Assembly: GCA_002269645.1 (NCBI GenBank)
Contig: NIVC01003943.1
Span: forward strand, 4,492-68,491
Direction of reading: 5' to 3'
Length of the DNA stretch: 64,000 nt
Source: Macrostomum lignano
Taxonomy: Eukaryota
In this document: positions 9,287 through 22,790 of the stretch, one piece after another
Layout: the number at the start of each line of letters is the position of its first letter
Numbering within the stretch: the first letter of the stretch is position 1
Made by a program: the position numbers and the translations under genes
The notes under the pieces: generated by a model
Database searches by the model: none
Told to the model about the DNA's origin: nothing
The model's input: only the letters and a program-made list of their open reading frames with translations

Positions 9287-10185
9287 CTAGGAGTCCCTGG
9301 CTTTCCCGCCTAGTTTCCAGTCCCAGTCCAGCGGAGATCTAGGAGTCCCTGGCTTTCCCGCCTAGTTTCCAGTCCCAGTCCAGCGGAGATCTAGGAGTCC
9401 CTGGCTTTCCCGCCTAGTTTCCAGTCCCAGTCCAGCGGAGATCTAGGAGTCCCTGGCTTTCCCGCCTAGTTTCCAGTCCCAGTCCAGCGGAGATCTAGGA
9501 GTCCCTGGCTTTCCCGCCTAGTTTCCAGTCCCAGTCCAGCGGAGATCTAGGAGTCCCTGGCTTTCCCGCCTAGTTTCCAGTCCCAGTCCAGCGGAGATCT
9601 AGGAGTCCCTGGCTTTCCCGCCTAGTTTCCAGTCCCAGTCCAGCGGAGATCTAGGAGTCCCTGGCTTTCCCGCCTAGTTTCCAGTCCCAGTCCAGCGGAG
9701 ATCTAGGAGTCCCTGGCTTTCCCGCCTAGTTTCCAGTCCCAGTCCAGCGGAGATCTAGGAGTCCCTGGCTTTTTCGCCCTAGTTTCCAGTCCCAGTCCAG
9801 CGGAGATCTAGGAGTCCCTGGCTTTCCCGCCTAGTTTCCAGTCCCAGTCCAGCGGAGATCTAGGAGTCCCTGGCTTTCCCGCCTAGTTTTCAGTCCCAGT
9901 CCAGTGGAGATCTAGGAGTCCCTGGCTTTCCCGCCTAGTTTCCAGTCCCAGTCCAGCGGAGATCTAGGAGTCCCTGGCTTTCCCGCCTAGTTTCCAGTCC
10001 CAGTCCAGCGGAGATCTAGGAGTCCCTGGCTTTTTCGCCCTAGTTTCCAGTCCAAGTCTAGCTGAGATCTAGGAGTCCCTGGCTTTCCCGCCTAGTTTCC
10101 AGTCCCAGTCCAGCGGAGATCTAGGAGTCCCTGGCTTTTTCGCCCTAGTTTCCAGTCCAAGTCTAGCTGAGATCTAGGAGTCCCT
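9287..10185. repeat. 52-bp minisatellite (~17 copies)
   Basis: Unit ctaggagtccctggctttcccgcctagtttccagtcccagtccagcggagat. Confidence 0.97.
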
Positions 10186-11237
10186 GCTTCTGCGCATCGA
10201 AATTGCGCAGCTCCTAACTGAATCAGTGACAGTAAACAGCAGAGCAAACGCTCGAATGCAATACACTAAAATTATTTTTCGCCACTAACCTAAACTACTT
10301 GATGAAGAAATTCGTAAGTAGAATAACTTGGACATTATTGTGCACAATTTGTTTTCGGGTATGTTTTACGAATGATCTTGAAATTAAAAATAAAAATGTT
10401 AATATGGATTTAAATATAGAATACAATCTTCTATTCAGATGGCTCATGGCTTCTCTTAAACTGCAAAACTAGAACACAGCAAAATAGTGCATTTGAACAT
10501 CAATATATTGACCCAACTGCTTTGACAAGCTGCTGCTCTCGAAGAGCAGATCAGAGCAGACGAACAATTAACTGCAACGAATAGCACAAAAGCTATCAAG
10601 GCACTTTCAATACCAATAGTTTTTGAAGACCATACCAACTGAAGCACAAAAGCTCTCGAAAAACTTACCAACTCGAACCTGAATCTCACTAATATGCAAC
10701 ATAAAGCTTGCAGTATCTGAACGAACGAATTCGCGGACGCACGCAAGCGACTGTAGCCTCTGCTGTGGCTGTGAATCAGGCAGCCGAACCCCATGCAAGC
10801 CGAAGCATAAAAGGTTAAGAAAGAGGCAGAGAGGAGTGTCCTGCGCCTCTACAGATGCAGCCTCCCCCCCCCCCCCTCCCCAGGCTCCCCTTCCATTCGC
10901 TGCAGCCACTGAATACAGAGATTGCCGCGCAGACTGATGACTAATGCGTCAAGCATGCCTGCTGGTCAGTCACAGAACTGTTCCAGCTTCACCCTCTGGG
11001 GCCAAGGCCGCCACTGTCTGGGATGGTCTGTCTGGCTCAAGGCCCTGACACAGTTCTGGCCCAGATCTGTGCAAAAAGCGTTTAGGTTCCAAATAATCTG
11101 GAATCCAAAAAGCCTAGACTAGACTTCAGGCAAGTTGTAAGTGGGTCTGTCAGTAATCGAATCTCTATTAGGCTTTTCAAAGTTCCGATTCCAGAACTAG
11201 GAATGGATTGGAGCCTTGCAGTTTGCTTGGTCCAGAT

Positions 11238-12668
11238 CTGAAACTGTGTGCTCTGTTCTGGAACTGTGTGCTCTGTTCTGGAACTGTGTGCTCTGTTCTG
11301 GAACTATGTGCACTGTTCTGGAACTGTGTGCTCTGTTCTGGAACTGTGTGCTCTGTTCTGGAACTGTGTGCACTGTTCTGGAACTGTGTGCTCTGTTCTG
11401 GAACTGTGTGCTCTGTTCTGGAACTGTGTGCTCTGTTCTGGAACTGTGTGCTCTGTTCTGGAACTGTGTGCTCTGTTCTGGAACTGTGTGCTCTGTTCTG
11501 GAACTGTGTGCTCTGTTCTGGAACTGTGTGCTCTGTTCTGGAACTGTGTGCTCTGTTCTGGAACTGTGTGCTCTGTTCTGGAACTGTGTGCTCTGTTCTG
11601 GAACTGTGTGCTCTGTTCTGGAACTGTGTGCTCTGTTCTGGAACTGTGTGCTCTGTTCTGGAACTGTGTGCTCTGTTCTGGAACTGTGTGCTCTGTTCTG
11701 GAACTGTGTGCTCTGTTCTGGAACTGTGTGCTCTGTTCTGGAACTGTGTGCTCTGTTCTGGAACTGTGTGCTCTGTTCTGGAACTGTGTGCTCTGTTCTG
11801 GAACTGTGTGCTCTGTTCTGAAACTGTGTGCTCTGTTCTGGAACTGTGTGCTCTGTTCTGAAACTGTGTACTCTGTTCTGGAACTGTGTGCTCTGTTCTG
11901 GAACTGTGTGCTCTGTTCTGGAACTGTGTGCTCTGTTCTGGAACTGTGTACTCTGTTCTGGAACTGTGTGCTCTGTTCTGGAACTGTGTGCTCTGTTCTG
12001 GAACTGTGTGCTCTGTTCTGGAACTGTGTGCTCTGTTCTGGAACTGTGTACTCTGTTCTGGAACTGTGTGCTCTGTTCTGGAACTGTGTGCTCTGTTCTG
12101 GAACTGTGTGCTCTGTTCTGGAACTGTGTGCTCTGTTCTGGAACTGTGTACTCTGTTCTGGAACTGTGTGCTCTGTTCTGGAACTGTGTGCTCTGTTCTG
12201 GAACTGTGTACTCTGTTCTGGAACTGTGTGCTCTGTTCTGGAACTGTGTACTCTGTTCTGGAACTGTGTGCTCTGTTCTGGAACTGTGTACTCTGTTCTG
12301 GAACTGTGTGCTCTGTTCTGGAACTGTGTGCTCTGTTCTGAAACTGTGTGCTCTGTTCTGGAACTGTGTGCTCTGTTCTGGAACTGTGTGCTCTGTTCTG
12401 GAACTGTGTGCTCTGTTCTGGAACTGTGTGCTCTGTTCTGGAACTGTGTGCTCTGTTCTGGAACTGTGTACTCTGTTCTGGAACTGTGTGCTCTGTTCTG
12501 AAACTGTGTGCTCTGTTCTGGAACTGTGTACTCTGTTCTGGAACTGTGTGCTCTGTTCTGGAACTGTGTACTCTGTTCTGGAACTGTGTGCTCTGTTCTG
12601 GAACTGTGTGCTCTGTTCTGGAACTGTGTACTCTGTTCTGGAACTGTGTGCTCTGTTCTGGAACTGTG
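11238..12668. repeat. 20-bp minisatellite (~70 copies)
   Basis: Unit ctggaactgtgtgctctgtt. Confidence 0.97.
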
Positions 12669-13485
12669 CTCTGTCAAGACTTGCTTAGGAATTTTTCAAA
12701 AGGCCTCGGAACAAGCGACAACACTTCGATCGATTGAAATCAGCCTTCAAGCCTGGCATGCAGATGCAGGCCTGTTTCTCAAGCACACGGAGTCAGAGGT
12801 AGAAGGCATCGGTCTACGAGCGTAGGTTCAATTTTACCCTCTGCGTTTACTTTTCCATTCGTTTACTGACAGACTAACCAGCAGCCGCTGCCTCCCTTGC
12901 CAACCAGCGATTGGAAATCAAGTAGGCCGAACAGGGGCTCGCACTAACCATACGGAAGTTCGGCCATTTCATTTTCGCCAAGACACGGAAGCCTCATCCG
13001 GCAGCGGGACAGGCGAGAGATGGGCGGCAGTGGATTGACTAGCGGAGTTCGCGCGGCTATTCAATCGCAAAAGAAAGATTTAGGGAGAGAGAGAAGGGGG
13101 CGCACGGAGGAGATGCAAAGATAACTTTTCAGTGAGCTAAATTTGGACGAGTGAAAGTACTGCAGCCGTCGCGCCGAAGGGGAGGGCAGTTTCCAGTTTC
13201 CAGTGTTTCCGAGACTCGATGGGGCAGTTAGGAATTCGGACAGCGGGGCTGGGGGCACTAGAGAGGCAGGGAGGTTGCCGAAGCCTCTGCCGAGGCGGCA
13301 AGTGCTTTCCCGAATTCCGAATTCTGCGCCCGGCCGGCCGCCCCCAGTTAAGCCTTCAGACAGCCGGTCAGCGAGGGCCACTCGGCCAGAACCCATAAAA
13401 GACGGCCAAAGATCAGCAGAACCGGACACAGACCAGAGGCATTCAGAGCTACTATGCGAGTGCACTTTGACTCGACGAATCCTGG

Positions 13486-13986
13486 ATGCCCGCGATCGAA
13501 ACTTCTGCCGGCTCGCCGCAGCCGCAGTCGACCACGCCGCAGCCGCAGCCTCTGCAGCTTCAGCTGCACCAGATGCCGAAGACTTCCAGCGCGCTGGCTG
13601 TCGGGACCGGGTGGCCAGTTTGGGCGGCGCACCTGCTGGTTGTGGCCGCCTGCTTCGCCCTGCTGTGCGTCAGCTTCGCAGCCTACCATCGAAAGCAGCT
13701 GCGGGTGGCTGCGGCCAAGCGGCACCGGCTAGCGATGCGCGGCCGGCCGAAACTGCGTATGATGTCCAGCGTGTCCGGCTGCGTGACCTTCGGCTCCGAC
13801 GGCAACGGAGGCCACCCGAACGCCTGCGGCTGTCCGCTGCGGCTCAGCGCCGACATGGGCGTCCCGTTTGGTGGCTCGCTCGGTGGCGCCGGCTTCGCGG
13901 CGGACTCCGGCAAGCGCAAGGGTGGCGGCATGCTGATGTTCGACTTCCGCCGGCAGTCGGGCAGGGGCGGCCCGAGCGCGATGTGA
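13486..13986 (+). CDS. Putative single-pass membrane protein (host, 166 aa)
   Basis: GC-rich ATG ORF with one hydrophobic helix WAAHLLVVAACFALLCVSFAAY followed by a basic stop-transfer stretch HRKQLR. Confidence 0.45.
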   Translation: MPAIETSAGSPQPQSTTPQPQPLQLQLHQMPKTSSALAVGTGWPVWAAHLLVVAACFALLCVSFAAYHRKQLRVAAAKRHRLAMRGRPKLRMMSSVSGCVTFGSDGNGGHPNACGCPLRLSADMGVPFGGSLGGAGFAADSGKRKGGGMLMFDFRRQSGRGGPSAM

Positions 13987-14132
13987 CGGGCGTGACTGCG
14001 CCGGATCCTCTGGCCACATTGTCCCATTGTAATTCCTCACTATAAATTCTGCCTTTAATGCTCTGCTATGCAGTTTGAAGTCTCGATTGTTTCAATTCAG
14101 TGAACAGCGTTGAATTGCGTGCTTTATTTGCG

Positions 14133-14927
<795 letters not shown>

Positions 14928-15550
14928 GGCTAAAGAGATTAAACTGAAGTGCGAGCGAAACTTGCGGATGAGCGAGTAGCAGCAGAAACCAGGGACGTCT
15001 CACTCCCATCTGCTCACTGTTGAATAAATTATGAGGACAAAAACACTTATCGCGAGTGTAGAAGAAGCACTGAAGTCTGGCACGGTTTTTGGAAATCATC
15101 TAGGAATGAATGTCTGGGATGCGACAATAGCGAGCGAGAGAAAAACGTCAGGGACGCTGAGAGCCGTGAGAGGTAATAGAAAAAATGAACAAAAGGCAAC
15201 GTATTTTGTCTTCTGTGTACCAGACTGAGATCTCCTGCTGCTTCTCAACTTCTTAGCAGCACTCAGCCGCCCTCTCTCCTAATTATTCTTTTCTTCTCCT
15301 GCCTGACTCTTCTCCTGCCTTCTTCTCCTGCGGGTCAGTCGATGAGATGACAACTGTGTCACCCTATGCATGATCGGAAGAGCTCGTGACAAACGATAGA
15401 ATCAAGTTAGCAACGATCATCGATGCTTGATCTTGACGATATTCCTTTATTTTGTATTTATTTATGTATTTTTATTTATTTATTTATAATGAGGGCAAGT
15501 TTCAGCACTTATTAAAAGTATGTTCATTGCTGATACAAGTAGCGAACCTA

Positions 15551-15623
15551 GGGGCCGTAGCCCAGTGGTCCAGCGCGGCGCTCTTACGTGCCCGCGGCTC
15601 ATGCACGATTCCAAGTGCAGCCA
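15551..15623 (+). ncRNA. Degenerate tRNA-like sequence (tRNA pseudogene or SINE head)
   Basis: GGGGCCG-TAGCCCAGTGG matches the Pol III A box; B box is degenerate (GCACGATTCC); the cloverleaf is imperfect. Confidence 0.3.
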
Positions 15624-16070
15624 CATTAATTTGGGGCTAAATCGGAATCTCGGCTTGGCTCTGCTCGTGCAATCAACGCCCTTGAGGGCCAACCCCAAAG
15701 GCACAGTGAAGTTTAAATGCCTAAAGATAGATAAAGTCAGGGCCGCTGTACACTCCTGTGTGAGTGTGTGCCTGTGCGTATGACTGCGTACGTATCCGCA
15801 CGCTTGTGTGCCTGCTCAGAGGAGTCGGCGGAATGGGTTCCTCCCCATCCCCTCCCCTTTATTTACGGAATCTCTCGCTCCAACACAAATTTCTGCAAAA
15901 ATATTGTTGTTGGGCAGCCAAATATGAGTGCTCATCTGAGCTAGGGCTGCTCCTGAAGCGCATCTGTCACGGGAAGTTGCAAACGGGAACTTATTAATTT
16001 TTAATGGCGCTGCCAAAGCCACTTAACATCGTTGAGAAAGCTGGGGCCAGAGCGAGGGAATTATCAGAAA

Positions 16071-18303
16071 TTAACCATTTGGAAGCCAAAGGCCTGCACC
16101 GCAGGACATGCCGAAACGGCCCAAAAGCCCAGAGATTGATAAATGTCTATGGCATCAAAAATCATCTCCCAATCACTAAAGCAAGTGCCCAGTATGACCT
16201 GCTGTGCAGGTCATGACTGATTTAAAGAAGTCTATTATGCATTTCCATTATGTTTTCACTCAAATGTTAAAGGTGAAATAAGCGTGTAAAGTGAAAATAT
16301 GATGTGATGCACAAATGCATGGTTCCAAACAAAACAAGGACATGAAAAGAAATAAAGTGTAGCAGGTTTCAAGTTAGGAGACGCCAATGCAGGACTGCAG
16401 GAATGCAGGGACCTCAAAGTGTCTCGTGCCAGATCCTGAAGCATGGATCTGGACAGAGACCAGGATTTCCGGGACATTGACTGCAGCAAAATACTGTCTT
16501 CTTAGCTGGAAGGTCAGGTTTCAAAGAGCACATTCGGCATCGTTTGCTTGGGCTTCCGTTACTGGGAGACTCAATTGGCGAATTAATTGGATGGTTGGCC
16601 TGCATCCGGGCTGGAACCTGAGTCGGTGGCCGAGCGCGTCCCTGTCTTGAGTCGCGGATCAGCGTCTTGATGCTATTCTCTAGGAAATTTAAAAAATTGG
16701 CTGTCCCACCAAATTTCTTGTACAGCGTCCAAGAGTTTCGTCCAAGCGTGAGAATCAGGTGAAACGCGAATTTCTGGAACCATTTGTAGGACTTACAATT
16801 TGAATGGTAGAGATGCACGGACGCACCGAGTCGATCAACACCGCCCATGTTGCGATTGTACTGGATGACAGCCGTTGGCTTCGGAATTTGTTCAACTTGA
16901 CCACCGCGAAGAATTCTGCGAACATCAGGTGCAAGCGGCAGGCATGCTTGTGTCCAGAAGGTAGACAACCTTTGTTCCCGAGGCCTTCTGTCAGCTAGCT
17001 TGATAGCGAGTGTCTGATCGCACCTCATGAAGCCCCGACCCGGAGCAACCACTAATTTTTCTTGCAATTCTCTCGGGATACCACGATCCTTTCGAACAGT
17101 TCCGGTGAGCAGTCGTTTTGTTGAACAATTAGATGGCCAATCTGTGTGACGTAAACCAACTGTCCGTGAATTTGTGATATCCTTCACCCAGCAGTTCGCG
17201 GCTAAGCTCAACAACGACTCGTTCGCTCATGGAGAGCTCATCGCATTGGAGACCAGCACCGAAGGTTGCGTGTTCGGCCTCAACAGAATGCAGTAGGAAA
17301 TTCCACAGGTTTCCCGTCGTGGACTCAGTCGGCAATAAAGTTTGATGCCGTATACTTCGCCAATTCCTGCTTGGAATATACTGCTTCAGCAATAGTCTCC
17401 CTTATACAGAATCAGCGTCTCCTCGATGGCGACATCCTGCTCTGGTCGGTAGGTTTCGCGACAAATTCGGCTAATCAAGTCCAGAAAAGGCCTTACTTTA
17501 CACAGTGGGTCGTTGATATTGAACTCTCGGCAGTCGTAGCACCGGAAGTGGGCCAGTAGTTGAAGAAATCGCCAACGGGGAAGGCTCTCGGCTTGCGAAA
17601 GTATGGATTCCGATACATGACGTCTGTGGACCAGTAGTGGCGTATGGTCGGCTTGCTGTTGATGCCCATGAAGAGCACCATGCCCAGAAACTTTTTCATC
17701 TCGGCCACACAGCATGGTTTAAGAGCAGACACTCCAACAGGCAACTCTTCCTCGCCAGTTTCTGCACTCTCCTGCTGGAACTCCCTCACTGCCAACCACA
17801 TTCGCTCATCGATCCATGTGACAAGACTGGTGAGAAACTCTTCAGTCAGTAAGATAGATAAAAATTCTCTCATACCCTCGTCTGAATTTTCTGGTAGATC
17901 GATGCTTGGATTGATGGTCAAAAACCCTCGGAATTCCGGCACCCCGTCGTGGTCAAACGAGTTGTCATTTCCAGGGGCTACTTCAGCCCATTCCGCGGTC
18001 GCCTCATCTTGGCTCTGATCAAATTCTGGATTCATGCTGTCTGGCTCCGTTTCTGGAACGGCCAGTCATCGCTTGATGAAGCGTCTTCCGAATCGGAATC
18101 CAATCCCAGTATGCGCAAGGCGTCACTTTTAGCTGTCCTTTTCGGGCGCGTAGAAGCCATTTGTGGGTAGGAAGGTTTGAACAGGAGCTAGCAGAAGAAC
18201 TCTGTGGTATACTTTACTTCTGGGCTTTTAGGGTGTGCACCCGATTCAGCAAAAAAGAAATTTGTCCATAGACTGACTGCTCTGCAGGCCTTTGGGCTTT
18301 TAA
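16071..18303 (-). mobile_element. piggyBac DNA transposon (candidate ends)
   Basis: TTAA at 16071 and 18300 flank imperfect inverted repeats (aagccaaaggcctgca 16083-16098 vs tgcaggcctttgggctt 18283-18299) around a piggyBac transposase. Confidence 0.65.
16414..18160 (-). pseudogene. piggyBac transposase (PGBD4-like), multiple frameshifts
   Basis: KFLGMVLFMGI...IRHYWST, DPLCKVRPFLD, AIEETLILYKG, KQYIPS, YGIKLYC, FTDSWFTS, GTVRKDRG, YNRNMGGVD, C-terminal Cys-rich CRMC...CSQC...LCPDPCFRIWH. Confidence 0.92.
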
Positions 18304-18848
18304 GCGATCGTACAGAACCAAGCTTGGGCGCGAAGTAACATTTGTTACTGTGGTAACTTGGCCTGCGTGCGCGTCGGGGGCGGGTGCTGGGTTTAAGTTT
18401 TTTGTCTCTCACTCTCGTTGAATGTACTTTGCTAGCGCGGGGTGGAGATTAGGGTGAGTCAGGCGATCGATAATAAAGCAGTTCAGTATAAAGCTGGCTT
18501 TTCTGCCTGCAATGTTGTTTACGCTTTTGTGCCACGATAAAGTTTTTACTTGACTTTATTGTAGATACATTCACTCGTATCCACTCAATGGGCAAGCTGC
18601 AAGAATTTCTGGCACCTCTTGAGCAACAATTTTCACGGCAATCAATATTTTTTCAATGTGGACGTTAACGACCTCCACACGTGCTTTTGCGAGCTTCATG
18701 GCTTAAGCGAGCCTTCCGCTAAGGCAAGCTGGCAAGAATGCTTTGCCTCTGCTGTCTCCTTCAATGTCAAATTGCTTTCCGTCGAAAAATATTAAGAAAA
18801 GCAAAAAATATTCCCAAGATATCAGGATCTTGGATTGAGACTTCAAAG

Positions 18849-18911
18849 CTGGGAGTGAGATGGGAGAGCTGGGAGTGAGATGGGAGGTGCTGGGAGTGAG
18901 ATGGGAGAGCA
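18849..18911. repeat. Short ~20-bp tandem repeat (3 copies)
   Basis: gctgggagtgagatgggaga. Confidence 0.8.
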
Positions 18912-19352
18912 CTCAGAGCAGGGTCTGAGATGAAGTGTCCTGTGGTGAGGCTGAAGTGATGGGGTAAGATCTAAATTTACTAATTCTTGGTGACAGGTAG
19001 AAATCACAGAAATCGTGTTACGGGATCGTTAATTCTTGCTTTTAGTAGCAGTCCAAAAGCTTTTAGTCCAAAAGCTTTTAGGTAGCAGTAACGAGTCAAT
19101 GTGCTTACACTTCTGTGATGGATGCGGAAAGTTTGACAGCAAATATAGTTATTAGAGTTCGCAATGAGGTCCATCGGATTAAAGGCTAAAATGTTCCTCA
19201 GGACTGTGCGACAACTCGGGAGTGCGGGAACTGTGCGTGTTAACTATGCCACTCATCCAGCTGCATCGCACGCGCGTCTCAAAGAAAGTTTCATAAAGTC
19301 AGAAAATCGACTGCTGCGTGGCAAAGGTTTTTATAATTAGTTTGTCTTCCAA

Positions 19353-20306
19353 TCAGTCGCATACGCGGGCCAGTCCTGCCAGCTGCTCAGCGCTCAGCTT
19401 CCCCTGAGCGATGCCGAAGCAGACGATGGTCCCCGACAGACAGTCATCGTCGCGGTAAGACGAGTAGCCCAGCCGGATCACCGAGTCCACGGCTTGTCCG
19501 CTGAATGTCGAGCTGACGAAGTCGTAAACCCGGCCATTCAGAAAAGCGAAGGCGCCTGTGACGTTGCTGGCGGCCACGCCCAGGAAGAAGCCGCTGGGAT
19601 CGGCATCCGTCTGCATGAACTTCGAGGTCGAGATAAAACGCTTGCCCAGTTGAGTGTACCTGAAGATCAAGTCTTCGTTGGTCTCGTAAATATCGCACAA
19701 ATTCTGATCCAGCTCAGAGGTGATCTTCATGTACACCGTCTTGGACTTGTAGGGCCGTCGCACCTTCATGAAGAAGCTCACTGCTCTCTCTCCTTTGCGA
19801 TCGATGAGCGCCGTGAGACCTCCCGGGATGCTCAGCTTCAGGTATGACGTCATCCTCCCAGCAAAGTGCAGTCCGCTCGAGTCTCTCGTCACGTCGAAGG
19901 CCTCGGAGCTGATGCTTGCGCTGCCCACCGCCTTCTCGAGCGACTCCCTGAAGTCGAAGAAGGCGAGGAGCTGCAGCAGGACGGGGGCCAGCGTGAGGCT
20001 GCTGCACTGACCGAGTCCTTCCGAGGTCGACCAAAGCGACAGCTGTGAGAAGTCGGCAGCCAGAGAGCAGACGGAGTCTTTGAAGTGAGCCGCCTTGCAC
20101 TTCGGCAGCCGCAGCGTGCACACTCGGATGCACTGGAGCTGGGTGGGCAGCTGCAGGAGCTCCGCTGCTGTCGGGTCTGCAGTGGGAGGGCACAGCTGAG
20201 TCCACTGCCACCGCCACCGACTGGCGCAAGCGGGGTTCGAACCCCCGACCTGCTGCAGGGACAGGACCAGCAGGTTAAAAATGAACAGCACCAGCATGGT
20301 TGCCAT
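19353..20306 (-). CDS. Secreted protein, PAN/apple domain + concanavalin A/LamG-like domain, intronless
   Basis: Signal peptide MATMLVLFIFNLLVLSLQQ; CIRVC...CKAAHF...VCSL (PAN); AFFDF, LHFAG...SYLKL, VSFFMKV, LSGTIVCFGI...LSAEQL (LamG/pentraxin-like). Confidence 0.7.
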   Translation of the reverse strand: MATMLVLFIFNLLVLSLQQVGGSNPACASRWRWQWTQLCPPTADPTAAELLQLPTQLQCIRVCTLRLPKCKAAHFKDSVCSLAADFSQLSLWSTSEGLGQCSSLTLAPVLLQLLAFFDFRESLEKAVGSASISSEAFDVTRDSSGLHFAGRMTSYLKLSIPGGLTALIDRKGERAVSFFMKVRRPYKSKTVYMKITSELDQNLCDIYETNEDLIFRYTQLGKRFISTSKFMQTDADPSGFFLGVAASNVTGAFAFLNGRVYDFVSSTFSGQAVDSVIRLGYSSYRDDDCLSGTIVCFGIAQGKLSAEQLAGLARVCD

Positions 20307-22790
20307 GTTATCGTGAATTGAATCTGTCTGAACTCGGATTCGGAGAAGAAAAGTTGTTGAAGAGAATAGTTGCTATATGCTGTTTTTTAACTCTTTTCCA
20401 GGGTGTGATAGAATTGTTGGTCTCTGATTGGCTGCTTCTCCGGTGGGTTAGTTAGTTCCTCATAACAGTCCTCATAACAGTCTCTTTATTCTACCGGTAT
20501 ACGCTATACATGTTTGAGCATAAAGCTGACTTGCTGCGAATCAATACTACATGTCTTCTCTAATACCTGGTGTAAGCTTTCTTCGTGTCAGTTAAATTTT
20601 GTATCTATACACGTAGGTACTGCTTCTGTAGATAATTTTCATACTCATAATTTATTCACTTCCGTTGCACGAATGTATTCCGACAGTGGCACAGGCGATC
20701 GCTTTTTGGTGAAAGCCCGGAGGACCTAGCGGATTTTCACCTAAATACAGGCCACTCCAAAGAACTTAAAAAGTGTATTAAATTCGTGAATAAAGATGAG
20801 CGCGCTCGCATGACCCATCTGCGATCTCGGCAACCACAAAGCTCTGAGCTTCAAAAAAGCCGTAGCAGAAGCAGAGCCACATATTCAAGCCTGCCTGAGG
20901 CTCAAATAATGAAGTCAGCACCCAAGACGGAAAGTGGTTCAGTTCCGAAGGTGGCTTTCAAACACCCAAGGACTTCCAACTAAGAGAATTCAGTCAGACA
21001 TCAACTGCAGAGACTACTACTCGGGATTCGCAACCAACCCGATGCCAGAAACAATCTGTCGCAAGTACGACGCAAAGTAGCTGCTTACATGTATATTTCT
21101 TATTTGAGTTTCACAACCAGATCTGTATTTCTTTCAAATAAAGAAGCCTAACGTAGATTTAGATAGGGAAAAAAGGAATATAACGGATGTTACAAAATGT
21201 TATCTACATTTCTGGATAAAAGTTCCATGGATTTTAAATTGACGTGTGCAAATTGACGAACACCTAGCTGGTGGAGAATAAAAAGTTAATATCGGATATA
21301 CTTTTTTCTAGAAGGTAAAATGACTTGTCTAAATTCAAGAAAGCTCTGCAAACTTTTTGCATGCTTATGGCAAATAGTGTGATTTCATTTCACAAAAGCG
21401 ACACTTTTCAGGAACTTTTCAAATGTTTTCCAATGCAGAAAAGGCGAACTATCTTCTTGGTAGTAATAAAACAAGCACTGAAGCTGCTTTGAACTACCAA
21501 GAAAGTCGTTTTTTACCTTTAATATAGTCTCTAAATAGTTTTCAAGGTCCTTGTCATTTAGTGCAAGTATATATCGCTTTGCTAATTGAGGGTTCATCGG
21601 AAGTCAGAGTTTAAGGCAATGAAAAGTTCTCTGCCACCAACGCTGCGTATAAAACCGAAAAGTAATGCTTTCAAGCGAACGTGCTTTCATTTTAAAGGAT
21701 TCTCATAAAATTTTTCTCCCGAAAGGGGGCACTAGATTGCTAGTAATTGCTATATATGCTTCTTCAAACTCTGGAAGCTTTTAAGCGTTAAATAATTATA
21801 AAAGTTTTTTCTAACAATTAACTAGACATTAAGTTTTTTGGCTTTCACTTCATTTTACTTTGTTCTTAATAACTTTCAGAGAAAAATACAACCATGTGGG
21901 TTTTGAGGTCGGGGGCTTTGGCGGTTTGGACCTGGTGGGTTCCGTTTAATTCGTTTGTTTCAGCCGTTCAAATCGGTGCGGTTTCGACGATTCAAACAAA
22001 CTTAAGCGAAGATCTCGGCTTGCAGATGACGGGGAGCTCCGGCTGCTGAGTTCCTCAGGCTCAGGGGGAGGGTAGCTGTGGTCGTGGCTGAGCGGTCTAG
22101 TTTTGTCGACGATCAGAATGCCGAATGCAGAAATTCGTAGCCGATACGGGAAACTTTAAGATAAGCAAATTTGTCGAGATTGTTACTGATAATAGTAGTT
22201 CGCTGCCACCACCGCGATTATACGCGGGAAAAGCTCTAAAGCTCAAAACTAGCTCGAGTTTTCTCTAGGACTTCTCTTGAGACCGCTAAGGGTCAAATAA
22301 AGCTTCCGAGGTCACGAAGGCTAAGACACCGTTTCAACACAAGATTAAATTGGCAGCTGGCGATTGGCTCCCCTATTGGCAATTGGCACTGAATAAATAT
22401 TATTATTTTACCAACACGAATTCGAGCCGCAATTATAAGCAAGTTCACTATTCTCAAATTGTAGCAACTTAAATTGATGGGTTGGACGAGGAGCTGGTCG
22501 GGTCGGGATGCTGGGCTTACAGGGTCCTAACGGTCGGGGTAGGGTCCAAACGAGAGTCTAGCCGGGAGAGGAGGGGCGCAGACTCTTAAATACACTCTCA
22601 TGAGCCACCGGGAGGAAAGGGGGTTACCCCAGGTGAGACAGGAGAGACACACAGCGGAAAAAGGGGGCGGTACACTGAGCGGTAACGACAAAACACCGGG
22701 TGGACCGCGGGAAAACAAACGAAAAACTGGAGGAGGTACAGGAGGTACCCAACCATACAAAGCCGAGGCTAATTAAATTATAATCGTATA

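Noticed and set aside
10456-10909. Short ORFs on both strands
   Set aside because: No recognisable motif, and the coding-like plus frame has several stops.
9287-12688. CRISPR-like look of the 52-bp and 20-bp arrays, and long Cys-rich ORFs at 11208-12825
   Set aside because: Head-to-tail units have no unique spacers, there are no cas genes, and the context is eukaryotic; the ORFs arise from stop-free repeat units.
20786-22460. Possible second LINE ORF1 remnants (21385-21597 and ~21950-22140, minus strand)
   Set aside because: Short, with no diagnostic domain; cannot be supported.
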